Positions 36,682 to 45,305 of a stretch of DNA of 64,000 nt are shown here, piece after piece. The DNA comes from a virus, in IMG/VR virus record IMGVR_UViG_3300045988_101799; one strand, 5' to 3'. The first letter of the stretch is position 1. Each line of letters begins with the position of its first letter. The translations under genes were made by a program, and so were the position numbers. The notes under the pieces were generated by a model. That model worked only from the letters and a program-made list of their open reading frames with translations. It did not search any database and was not told the DNA's origin.

Positions 36682-37161
36682 TTAGTCGATTAGTTTGAGG
36701 TCAAAGAACATAACGGTGTTGAAGTAGCTAGTGGTCACTCCATCGATAGCTACCCAGCCGTCGCTGTCTTCATCATCGTAAACCGCGTACTCCTGATAGG
36801 GTGTAGGCTCTTCATCGTAGCTTACCCAGCCGCGAGGAACGTATTGTACCCTATCCCCTCTCTTGAACGGTCGCCGGGGTTTGGCGGTGTTATTGCAACT
36901 GGCGCGGACAGATTCTTCTGGCGCATCTAGAACTTCTTCTGGCGCATCTAGAACTTCTTCTGGCGCATCTAGAACTTCTTCCATCTGGTAAGCAGAGGCC
37001 CACTCCGCTAATCCTCCCGAATAGCGTACCTTGTACGGGTAGAAGTCCTTTTCGTTGTCGATTTCCACGACGCGACCGCAAGGGCCGTAGTCGACGCGGA
37101 CAATCATTCCGAGTTTAACTTGATTCTTTTCCATGTTAGAATTTGATGTTTGGGTATTCAC
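36682..37161 (-). CDS. hypothetical protein with two Tudor/SH3-like motifs and an (EEVLDAP)x3 repeat
   Basis: KLGMIVRVDYGPCGRVVEI at the N-terminus and PFKRGDRVQYVPRGW at the C-terminus. The central EEVLDAPEEVLDAPEEVLDAPEE is encoded by a 21-bp x3 tandem repeat. Confidence 0.5.
   Translation of the reverse strand: MNTQTSNSNMEKNQVKLGMIVRVDYGPCGRVVEIDNEKDFYPYKVRYSGGLAEWASAYQMEEVLDAPEEVLDAPEEVLDAPEESVRASCNNTAKPRRPFKRGDRVQYVPRGWVSYDEEPTPYQEYAVYDDEDSDGWVAIDGVTTSYFNTVMFFDLKLID
36915..36977. repeat. 21-bp tandem repeat x3 (CTTCTGGCGCATCTAGAACTT)
   Basis: Three exact in-frame copies inside CDS 36682..37161. Confidence 0.85.
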
Positions 37162-37597
37162 GGTAAAGTCGATAGCGGGTCATCCACATGAAAACCCCCG
37201 TGGTTATGTAGTTAGATACAACAATAAAGAGATACCATGCGGCAATCCATGCGGAGATAAGAGAGAGGACATAAAGCGGAGGTGCGGGAAGAGTGAAGAG
37301 GCACTCGGCAATGATACTTACAGTTAGTCCGATTAGCCCAAAGATAACCCACTGAACCGAGATATTGAAGATATGGTTGTATATGTTCTCCATTTCCTTG
37401 CGCTCATATAGGGTATACTCGCTTCCTCTCGTCCGGTAGCTATTGGTCTCAATGCCAATGAGCTTCAAGTGAGCTTTCAGTTGCTTTGCCATCGCGGTAA
37501 GAGCCGTGCCGCCGAACCCACGGAGAGCTACACCCGCAAGCGCGAAAAGGCCCGCAAGCGCGAAGTATTGTGTGGTTGATAGATGCAATGCGTTCAT
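37136..37597 (-). CDS. polytopic membrane protein
   Basis: 153-aa ORF with 3-4 hydrophobic helices. Confidence 0.45.
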   Translation of the reverse strand: MNALHLSTTQYFALAGLFALAGVALRGFGGTALTAMAKQLKAHLKLIGIETNSYRTRGSEYTLYERKEMENIYNHIFNISVQWVIFGLIGLTVSIIAECLFTLPAPPLYVLSLISAWIAAWYLFIVVSNYITTGVFMWMTRYRLYREYPNIKF

Positions 37598-37615
37598 GAT
37601 TGTTCTCCTTCATGG

Positions 37616-38200
37616 TTACTCGGCTTGCTCCATTCCCCACGGCCATTCAACTATATTGCCGGGTTCAATGCTTCGCCCATCCTCCAACAGGATGCGCATG
37701 GAGACGCGGGTTCTTCCTGCAACGATTCCGGTATGCCGACGGAACATACCATCGAAGTACTGGATTTCGGAACCGGGTTGAAGACGCAGAAGCGGAGGAC
37801 AATGGTCAATGAAGAATCGAGCATTATTCCATGCCTCTTCATACGCTGTCTCCGGGTCATCGTTATCACATCCTTGCACGGCCAGTGAGCAACTCACACA
37901 TTGAATGAACTCGTAGTTACCCTTCCGTCTTTCTTCCAGCAGACCACCGCAGATAGGACAGAACAGTGGGGGAGGTTCTTCCTCTGGGAATGCCTCATCA
38001 AAGGCCTTCTCAACTACTGCTTGCGATTCTACGGATTCATCGCGAAAAGAGAATTCGCTCTTGGTAGGAATGTTCGTTGGGGCCGTGGTATTGGCTTTAA
38101 CTATTTTCGGGCTAAGGTCTGACATATAAACGTGTGTCAAGCCATTGGCCTCGTCAATAACAATCTTGGTTATCTGTTTGGGGTTTGATGTCTTGGACAT
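37616..38200 (-). CDS. Lar-like zinc-ribbon protein (restriction alleviation family candidate)
   Basis: CPICGGLLEERRKGNYEFIQCVSCSLAVQGC...AYEEAWNNARFF matches the Lar family hallmarks: CPxCGG, a second C-x2-C, and the terminal EAWN. Confidence 0.55.
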   Translation of the reverse strand: MSKTSNPKQITKIVIDEANGLTHVYMSDLSPKIVKANTTAPTNIPTKSEFSFRDESVESQAVVEKAFDEAFPEEEPPPLFCPICGGLLEERRKGNYEFIQCVSCSLAVQGCDNDDPETAYEEAWNNARFFIDHCPPLLRLQPGSEIQYFDGMFRRHTGIVAGRTRVSMRILLEDGRSIEPGNIVEWPWGMEQAE

Positions 38201-38338
38201 GGCACCACCATATAATAGTTTTATTATTTGTCAAGAAATTATTTCAATAAAAATCCCCGGAGGGGTTAGCCTCCGGGGCGATGTGCTACTTGCGCTTCCA
38301 GCCAAGTAAGTCAAGAAGTTCGAGTAAGCTCATGATTA

Positions 38339-38731
38339 TCATCCTTTTGTGAAGAAGTTAAAGAAGGATAGTGTACCGCTATCGGTGAGTACGAACTGGG
38401 GATATTGGTCAGGGGTAAATATTTTTGTACCCCCGGAATCCCCGGTAGCCTCGACAGTCAGAAGGACTGCGGGCACCTTGTCCGTCGGGCTGGATGGAGA
38501 TGGAATATCTCCCAATCGTGCCCAAACTTGGCACGCTTGCCACTGTTCGTCAAGAGCGGCAATGGCCTCGATAGCCTTGGCTATTGCAGGTATCTGCTCA
38601 TCCGGAACTGTGGTCTCACTGTACTGGTCAAGGTGCGTAAAGCCCAGTGCGTCCACGTAGATTACACTCATAATGAGCTTGGTCCAGTTGCCGGGCTGCG
38701 GGAACTGAATTTGTATTTCTGCGTCGTTCAT
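38339..38731 (-). CDS. hypothetical protein
   Basis: 130-aa ORF immediately downstream of the tail fibre gene. Confidence 0.5.
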   Translation of the reverse strand: MNDAEIQIQFPQPGNWTKLIMSVIYVDALGFTHLDQYSETTVPDEQIPAIAKAIEAIAALDEQWQACQVWARLGDIPSPSSPTDKVPAVLLTVEATGDSGGTKIFTPDQYPQFVLTDSGTLSFFNFFTKG

Positions 38732-38733
38732 GA

Positions 38734-40872
38734 TTAGAGAGGTATGTTAATATCTTCAAAATCAGCTGTTTCCTCGGATTCAATGGCATTGACGGCCATT
38801 GCTTCCAGTCCATAAAAGACCGGGTTCGTGCCTCCCGGCTGGTAATAGGTGTGTTCTCCGTCACCTGCATTGATGTAAGTGTCACCAGACGAATTATTCA
38901 CCACATCAGTTACCCAGCTAATAATACCGGAGTTTGTCTCAAAGTTACTGACACCGCGGCATGTGGCAATTTTATACAGATTATTTGCCTGACCTCCGGT
39001 GAGCATGAGCCAGAGTGTACCCAGATTATCATACTGGGCAATATCGGCCGGAGCGTTCTGCTGGTAAATAACCTTGGCAATCGTCCAAGGGATGGGTTCG
39101 TTTTGATTGGCCGGGATGAAGCTGGTGGTGGTTTTCACCAGCCAGCCCGCCGTGGAATCGAGTGCGAAAATCTCACGCACCCGCACCGTATAACCGTTGC
39201 GCTGGGTATCTCTGACGTTGTCAAAGGTAATATCCAGAATTTCGCCATGATTGTACGCCAAATCGTTTGCCGGGATAATACTGTAAGAATCTATGGAAAG
39301 GTCGGGACGAACCGTCTTCGCGCCACGGCCGATACCAAAGGTCAACTTTGCGGCATCAGTAGCACGCCAAACGAAAGAGAACCCTGCGAAACTGGAATAA
39401 TTCCAGCGGGCATTAACTCCCACAAAGGCCGCCTGAATGGTCGAATGAGTTCCCGGTGGAACCTTAATAGTAGCTATATGGTAGGGGACTTTTTGGGTCA
39501 CCGTCGAAGTCCCTGTCTTGGTAATGGTCGCCGTATTGAGGAAAGCATTAGTGGTCAGGATGTTCGTCTCGCCAGCCAATCCTAGCGCATAAAAGCGATT
39601 AACCGCCCCCGTATTCGTCGGTGCACCCGCGGCCAGCGGGATGTTAATCCCGGCGTTGGCATTAGGAGTTTTGGTGAACGTCAGAACACCGTCCACGGAA
39701 ATGGTGCCGTACATACGGGTTTGGACGTTGAACGTAACTACCCCGTTATGGTTTTCATTTCTGTAGACCCACAAGTGCCCAGCCCCATCGATGGTCATTG
39801 TCTTATCGTTGACGTTATTAGGGTCCGTTATGGAGAGGAAACCGTTGGATTCTTCGTAAAGTATGGCTCGCGTAGGACCGCTCTCCTTGCCGAAGAGGAT
39901 GCACTTCATCTTCTCGCCAGTGGTGGCAACGAAGCTAATGCCGTCATCAAAAGTGGTGGGGTTTTGGAACTTGACAGGAATCGCAACGTCCATGTGAGAA
40001 GCGCTCGTCCCCTCAATGACTGCGGCTCCGTTACCATCGCCGTGGATTTTAAGAGCATTTTCTCCTTGTCCGAGAACTAAAGGAACTTCGTTTCCGAGAA
40101 CCAATCCCGCCGTGTTGGTGAAACTCCATGCCCCGGAGATTGTCTGGTCACTAGCTGGGTCAAAGCCAGTGCCAGAACCGCCACCCTCACCGGAGCCTAA
40201 ACTAAAATTTCGGATAGAGACGAAGAAGTCCGCTTCTTCAATCGTACTGCCGAGAGAAAGAATTGCGGAAGTTTCAGTTGCCACAAAGACCAGCTGGTCA
40301 GTAGTCTTACCGCCAGCGAGGAATGCCTTAGGATTGTTGTCGGCTCCTACGCTAAAGAGCGCATAGCTGAATTCCGGATTAGGCTTCGTTTCCATCAAGC
40401 CACCCAAGTCAGGATGCACATTGATAGAGTAGAGCTTACCACTTTCGAGGTTGGAGATTTTGTAGAAACCTTCGGAGACAGGACCATCACCGTCCAGCGG
40501 GAGGGCCTGATACTCTTGGTCGTAGTCGAACCCCAGCGGGTGAAGTGCAATCGTCGCGTGTGCACTTTCGACGGAGGCGTTCTTGTCCTGCGCGTTAGTG
40601 GGGACGACGAAGTACTTACCGTCGGGGGATTCAATCTCAATCACCTGTCCCGCGACCGAGCCATTGATGATGAACTGTTCCGGCGTAATGTTGGACCACA
40701 GTTCGTCAGTAGGAGCGGTAGCGGAAAGCTTGAAGAGACAGGGAGAACTGGAAGCAAGAAGCCACGCGGTGTGCGTGTCGGCATCGCCCAGCTTATAGGT
40801 TACGCCCGGTGTAATAGGAGAACCGTTGACGTAATTTTCAATTTGGATTTCAGAAGAACGTTTACGTGCCAT
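38734..40872 (-). CDS. tail fibre / receptor-binding protein candidate
   Basis: 712-aa ORF rich in Gly/Ser/Thr/Asn, with beta-strand repeats and a GSGEGGGSGTG linker. Confidence 0.5.
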   Translation of the reverse strand: MARKRSSEIQIENYVNGSPITPGVTYKLGDADTHTAWLLASSSPCLFKLSATAPTDELWSNITPEQFIINGSVAGQVIEIESPDGKYFVVPTNAQDKNASVESAHATIALHPLGFDYDQEYQALPLDGDGPVSEGFYKISNLESGKLYSINVHPDLGGLMETKPNPEFSYALFSVGADNNPKAFLAGGKTTDQLVFVATETSAILSLGSTIEEADFFVSIRNFSLGSGEGGGSGTGFDPASDQTISGAWSFTNTAGLVLGNEVPLVLGQGENALKIHGDGNGAAVIEGTSASHMDVAIPVKFQNPTTFDDGISFVATTGEKMKCILFGKESGPTRAILYEESNGFLSITDPNNVNDKTMTIDGAGHLWVYRNENHNGVVTFNVQTRMYGTISVDGVLTFTKTPNANAGINIPLAAGAPTNTGAVNRFYALGLAGETNILTTNAFLNTATITKTGTSTVTQKVPYHIATIKVPPGTHSTIQAAFVGVNARWNYSSFAGFSFVWRATDAAKLTFGIGRGAKTVRPDLSIDSYSIIPANDLAYNHGEILDITFDNVRDTQRNGYTVRVREIFALDSTAGWLVKTTTSFIPANQNEPIPWTIAKVIYQQNAPADIAQYDNLGTLWLMLTGGQANNLYKIATCRGVSNFETNSGIISWVTDVVNNSSGDTYINAGDGEHTYYQPGGTNPVFYGLEAMAVNAIESEETADFEDINIPL

Positions 40873-40972
40873 GATAGTAAAAATTTGGGGCTGAACCCAT
40901 AGAAGTTTAGCTCATGAGTTCAGCCCCGTCAAGGTTTAATTGTTGGTTATGCGATATTTCCAACGAAGGTAA

Positions 40973-41251
40973 TCACCGCAGTCCCTTAAAGGTCCCGGCA
41001 TCACCGCCCGTAGGAATCTGGAACGAGGCAACGGCGGCTTGCTGTCCCGCATCAAGAGCGGTTCCCTGTGAAAAGATAAGAGTTCCTCGAAGGTTCTTAC
41101 CAGTCACAATACCCTGCGCGGCCGCGAGAGGAAGAAGACCTTGCGCCCCTGCTTCCCCAACTACGTTGGTAAGGACTACGTTCTGGTTCTGGATAGTGAT
41201 GTTGCCATCGTATAGGAATTCAGGCGCGGTGGCCTCTGTCACGAAGTCCAC
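40973..41251 (-). CDS. ORF in frame with upstream gene 41321..41923; possible read-through C-terminal extension
   Basis: Same frame as the upstream ORF. The only stop between them is the TAG at 41321-41323. No start context of its own. Confidence 0.35.
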   Translation of the reverse strand: MDFVTEATAPEFLYDGNITIQNQNVVLTNVVGEAGAQGLLPLAAAQGIVTGKNLRGTLIFSQGTALDAGQQAAVASFQIPTGGDAGTFKGLR

Positions 41252-41298
41252 GCGGTAATATCCGGCAGGGGTAGGACCTACAAGAGCTACGTCGGAAA

Positions 41299-41358
41299 CG
41301 GTGTCCGAAAGGGTCGTAAGCTAGGGAGCGGTGTCCGAGAGGGTCGTAAGCGGGGGAG
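41299..41358. repeat. 30-bp tandem duplication (CGGTGTCCGARAGGGTCGTAAGCKRGGGAG x2) spanning the TAG stop of CDS 41321..41923
   Basis: Copies at 41299-41328 and 41329-41358 differ at 3 positions. One of these differences creates the amber codon. Confidence 0.85.
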
Positions 41359-41923
41359 CGGCTACGATGTCAACGTTAGCCTTTACTGCTCCATCTACGT
41401 ATACCCACGCATTCGTACCGGTGGAAGTGAAACGAGTGGTCCCTGCGGCAGTTACAAACGGAGGTTCTTCTATTGCGCCTGCAATGGTATCTCCTGTCTT
41501 GACAAATACGGTTACAGGGACTTCCGCACTTACTTTCAATTCATACCCCGTACCTGCGACTAAATTACCGATACTATACCACTTGTCAGGTAATAAGCCT
41601 GCGGGAAGAGTTGCTTCTGTGGGAACCGGAATTTCGTCAGCCTTCATAGTCAAGGTAATCTCCGCGCCCTCAAGGGCATCGATGCGGAGGTAAGCTTTAG
41701 TCTGACCACCCTCCGTCGCGAAGTAGAAAGCACGGCCAAAAAGATACCCTTCGGCTTGCACCTGCTCCAACGCTTCATCTTTCGCGATGACCACATGCGG
41801 GCACTTGGTAGACGTGACAATAAACTTATACCGAGTAGCCTTGGTCAGTCCGGTAAGCTGATAGATTTGCCCGCGAGCGATAGTTGCATTCTCTGCGGGG
41901 ATGGGAAGATTTTCTATTGCCAT
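41321..41923 (-). CDS. putative structural protein (decoration or tail-tube candidate)
   Basis: 200-aa beta-rich ORF two genes downstream of the capsid gene. Ends ...AAPPLTTLSDTAP-TAG. The sequence after the stop continues in frame as LTTLSDTVSD... Confidence 0.5.
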   Translation of the reverse strand: MAIENLPIPAENATIARGQIYQLTGLTKATRYKFIVTSTKCPHVVIAKDEALEQVQAEGYLFGRAFYFATEGGQTKAYLRIDALEGAEITLTMKADEIPVPTEATLPAGLLPDKWYSIGNLVAGTGYELKVSAEVPVTVFVKTGDTIAGAIEEPPFVTAAGTTRFTSTGTNAWVYVDGAVKANVDIVAAPPLTTLSDTAP

Positions 41924-41953
41924 AATTCTTCGTTAAGAGTTTTAGTTAAAAGG

Positions 41954-42223
41954 TTATGCTCCAAAGCCAGAGGCGATAATAGAACCAATGTCGGCTCCTT
42001 CTGCCAGTTCTTCGGCTTCTTCGGTTTCGGTTTCCTGTTTGGGAGATTCGGTTTCTTCTTCTTCGGAGTTATCGTCACTATCATCGTCACCTATTTCTTG
42101 GTCCTCGATAGAAACAATCTCAATAGATTTGCCGTCATCTGAAACAACGCCAACTCCCATGAGCTGAACATCATCCCCCGGTTTAAGGTCTCCAAATTTT
42201 TCAGGGTCATACGTAATCTTCAT
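41954..42223 (-). CDS. small acidic protein
   Basis: 89-aa ORF with a poly-acidic C-terminus (DDDSDDNSEEEETESPKQETETEEAEE). Confidence 0.4.
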   Translation of the reverse strand: MKITYDPEKFGDLKPGDDVQLMGVGVVSDDGKSIEIVSIEDQEIGDDDSDDNSEEEETESPKQETETEEAEELAEGADIGSIIASGFGA

Positions 42224-42290
42224 GCAGATAAAAAATTGAGGCGAACGGGTCCATCCCGCCCGCCTCGGTTTAAGAGTTATAGGTTTAGGC

Positions 42291-43547
42291 TTAGAGGCCC
42301 GGCACTGCCGCGGGAGTACTTACCAGAGAGCCAACGGGCTTACCGTCAGCACCAACGAGTTCGCGGCCAGCGGTCGTGCGAATGTGTCGGATGACTACAC
42401 CGTGACGCGGGAAGACAGGCATCGGAGCGGCAGAAAGCGTCGCGATGAACATGCCCTGCGTACCCATGTAGTTATCGCCGTTGTCCTTGTTGTTCACCCA
42501 AACCAGCTCACCAGCGTAAGTCACGGGGTCCCACTTGGCCTGACCGTAGGAAGACACCGGACGAGGAACGAGGGACTTGTACACGTCCTTCACAAAGATA
42601 ATCGTATCTTCGTAGGGGGCGTTCATGTACGCGGGGTTCGGCACATAGCGGTTACCAACAGTCGTTTCCACCTTGATATACTGGGGAACTTCCACCCACT
42701 TCTGACCAGTCGGCTTGGTGTCGTCGAAGGTGTAGCGGGGGTTCATGTTGTCCACGATGTAGGTAAAGCCCTTGTACGTCCACTTCACGCCCAGCTGACG
42801 CAGGAGGGTAGCATCCTTGCCTTCCGCGGCCTCTGCGAAGTTCCAGTCCTTGCGGATAACTTCGTTGTGACGCAGGATGAAGTCCACGGTGTCCTTCGAG
42901 GTGTAAGCCAAGAAGACAGGGGAACCTTGGTCCATCAGAGCGGCAGATTCGCCAGCACCTTCATTGATGAGCAACTGCCAAGCTTGGTTCATCAGGTCGT
43001 CGTTCAGAGCGGCTTCGGGCTTAACTTCCGGCATGGAGTTAATATCGTTGCTCACGACATCGAGACCAACAACACCCGCCTTCGTGGGGATGAGTTTGTA
43101 GCTGGCGATGTTGATGTAGCTCTGACGATAGAAGCGAGACCAAGTATTACCGACGGCACGGACCAACTGCTTCACCGCATTCTCGGCCTGTTGCTTAGCT
43201 TGCCAAGACTGACGCATACGGAGTACGTCCAGTTTCTGGGAGGAAAGCCTCGTGATGAAGCGGCTGTAGGAGTATTCCGTAGCCCCCGTATCATTTACCG
43301 TAATCGGAATCTGGTTGGAGGTGGAAGCGAGGTTAATGTTCATCCATTCGGCACGGGGGTCCGTAGCACCGAAGGTTGCGATGCGCCCGGAATCACCAAC
43401 ACCGTCAGTCCATTCTCCCGTCATAATCATCTGAGAGTTCCACGGAGAAGTACGAGCAAAGGTGCTGAACATGTTGGCGTTAAGAAGGTTGGTCATCGTG
43501 ACCAGCTTCAATTCTTGGGCCTGAATATCGTTAGGAGAAGTAGCCAT
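42291..43547 (-). CDS. major capsid protein candidate
   Basis: 418-aa ORF directly downstream of the scaffold-like gene. Size and mixed alpha/beta composition fit an HK97-fold capsid protein. Inferred from position only. Confidence 0.55.
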   Translation of the reverse strand: MATSPNDIQAQELKLVTMTNLLNANMFSTFARTSPWNSQMIMTGEWTDGVGDSGRIATFGATDPRAEWMNINLASTSNQIPITVNDTGATEYSYSRFITRLSSQKLDVLRMRQSWQAKQQAENAVKQLVRAVGNTWSRFYRQSYINIASYKLIPTKAGVVGLDVVSNDINSMPEVKPEAALNDDLMNQAWQLLINEGAGESAALMDQGSPVFLAYTSKDTVDFILRHNEVIRKDWNFAEAAEGKDATLLRQLGVKWTYKGFTYIVDNMNPRYTFDDTKPTGQKWVEVPQYIKVETTVGNRYVPNPAYMNAPYEDTIIFVKDVYKSLVPRPVSSYGQAKWDPVTYAGELVWVNNKDNGDNYMGTQGMFIATLSAAPMPVFPRHGVVIRHIRTTAGRELVGADGKPVGSLVSTPAAVPGL

Positions 43548-43759
43548 TTGTAAATTAAATTTGGTTTAATTTGCAACGCCTAGTTCTCTTTGGAAGATTT
43601 TGTTTTGGGGTCTTACGCGGTCATGGCAGGGTCAGGACCAAGAATTTTCACACCTGCATAAAGGTTTGTTTTGGTTTGCTCGCGGGAAAGCAAGAATGGG
43701 GCACCGCATTTGATGCCCCATTCTTGTCATAAAATTACCAGTATGTCAAGGAAAATTTA

Positions 43760-44980
43760 TTATAATCCGAAGGCACTACCAATAATGTCCCCGACTGCGG
43801 TCGGCCCGGCGGGTGGCTGGGTCTCCGGAGCTTTGGAGCTACCACTGTTAGCGGAGGGGCGGGCCTTGCGGAGTTTGGCCACCTTCACGTTGAGAGCCTC
43901 GATTGTCGCGCGAGCATCTGCCAGTTCCTTGACCATGAGTTCGGCCAGTGCGCCGTCCATGAAGGAACCATTATTTATCTTGTGAGCAAGATGGCGGGCA
44001 TGCTTCACATTCTCTTCGGTAATCTCCGTGGTCATGCCCAGTTCCTTGGCGCGTTCCTTCATCGCTTCCAACGTGTAGTTGTCGAGGTTGACGGTGTAGG
44101 TCCCGGCCTCCGACTTGCCGCCGCGGCTGGCTTTCAACTCTTCCACATACTTGTCGGCTTCGGCCTGATAGTTTCCGTGGGCGACAATGGCCGCGTCGCG
44201 GACCTTAGCCATGCGGACAAATTTGAACATGGCAGAATCGCTGATGCCCAGTTCCTTCCCAATGGCCTCATACGCTTCTTCCCGGTCGTACTCGTCGAGG
44301 TCGGGATTAAGGGCAACTTCATTCAGCTTGTCCATGTCGAGAGAGGCTCCGCTCGCGCGGGCAATCTCCGCAAGTTTGGCGTTAGCCTTATTGTACGGGG
44401 CAGTTACATTGGTCTTGTATTCTTCGGTTGCGGTGAAGGCATAGCCGCGTACAATTTCTCGCAGAGATTCAAGCTCTTCATTGCTTGACGTGGACTTACC
44501 CGCTTCTTCCAGCTTGGCCTTCAAGTCCGCGATTTCTTTCTTCGCGCCCCTCAACTGGACGCGCATTTCAGCGAATGCCTTGCTCGCCGCCTTGCTGGCC
44601 CGTTGTTCCTTCGGCCCATCATCTTTCTTTTCTTCCTTCTTCTCTTCTTCGTTTTCTTCCTCTTCGTTTTCCCCCTCTTCGTTTTCCCCCTCTTCGTTCT
44701 GTTCTTCCTCGGTTTCCTCGGATTCCGTGTCATCCGTGGGAACCGGGGTTCCCGTGGTATTGACTACTTCATCATCCGCGATGCGAGGCCCAGCATCTGG
44801 CATGACTACCGTACCATCCGGGGATTCAATGGGAGCCGTGGGGTTAGCGGGATTGGTGGGTTGAGTGGAATCCGTGGAATCCGGGGCGAACAGGGTCTGT
44901 TCAAAAATGCTATGTACGTCGTTGTGAATGGCACCACCTATGATGCCCTCCGCTACTGCGGGAATATTTACATTATCCAT
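43760..44980 (-). CDS. scaffolding protein candidate
   Basis: 406-aa helical, highly charged protein with an acidic EEEQNEEGENEEGENEEEENEEEKKEEKKDD block. Lies between the portal and the capsid gene. Confidence 0.55.
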   Translation of the reverse strand: MDNVNIPAVAEGIIGGAIHNDVHSIFEQTLFAPDSTDSTQPTNPANPTAPIESPDGTVVMPDAGPRIADDEVVNTTGTPVPTDDTESEETEEEQNEEGENEEGENEEEENEEEKKEEKKDDGPKEQRASKAASKAFAEMRVQLRGAKKEIADLKAKLEEAGKSTSSNEELESLREIVRGYAFTATEEYKTNVTAPYNKANAKLAEIARASGASLDMDKLNEVALNPDLDEYDREEAYEAIGKELGISDSAMFKFVRMAKVRDAAIVAHGNYQAEADKYVEELKASRGGKSEAGTYTVNLDNYTLEAMKERAKELGMTTEITEENVKHARHLAHKINNGSFMDGALAELMVKELADARATIEALNVKVAKLRKARPSANSGSSKAPETQPPAGPTAVGDIIGSAFGL

Positions 44981-44987
44981 CTATGTA

Positions 44988-45305
44988 TTACTTGTTTGGT
45001 GAAAGTGAGTTAATCCAAGCGTTACGCTCGGTCATGGGATGATTCATCATAGTTACCGGGGATTCGGTTTCTTCATTCTCTTCGGCCAGATTGAAGAGAG
45101 CGGCGATAACGGATTTAGCCCCAGCCGCGAAAGCTCCATTCAATGCGGCGGCTTCCATTGTGGGCTGTAATGTCGCATTGAGTTTTGACTGAACAATGCA
45201 GAGAGCTTCTTCCATTACCGGGTCATGCAGGAGTTCAGCAAGGCGGCCAGTCGCCGCCTTGTTGCTTTTGAACCCTTCGACAGTGTAGGTAGGAACTGCC
45301 TTCAT
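44988..45305 (-). CDS. hypothetical protein
   Basis: 105-aa ORF with ATGA overlap to the portal stop. Contains ETESPV. Confidence 0.45.
   Translation of the reverse strand: MKAVPTYTVEGFKSNKAATGRLAELLHDPVMEEALCIVQSKLNATLQPTMEAAALNGAFAAGAKSVIAALFNLAEENEETESPVTMMNHPMTERNAWINSLSPNK

Noticed and set aside
40973-41923. Programmed ribosomal frameshift joining 41321..41923 to 40973..41251, as in lambda gpG-T-like or Ig-domain fusions.
   Set aside because: The two ORFs are in the same frame, separated only by a TAG. Stop-codon read-through or suppression fits; frameshifting does not. No slippery heptamer was sought further.
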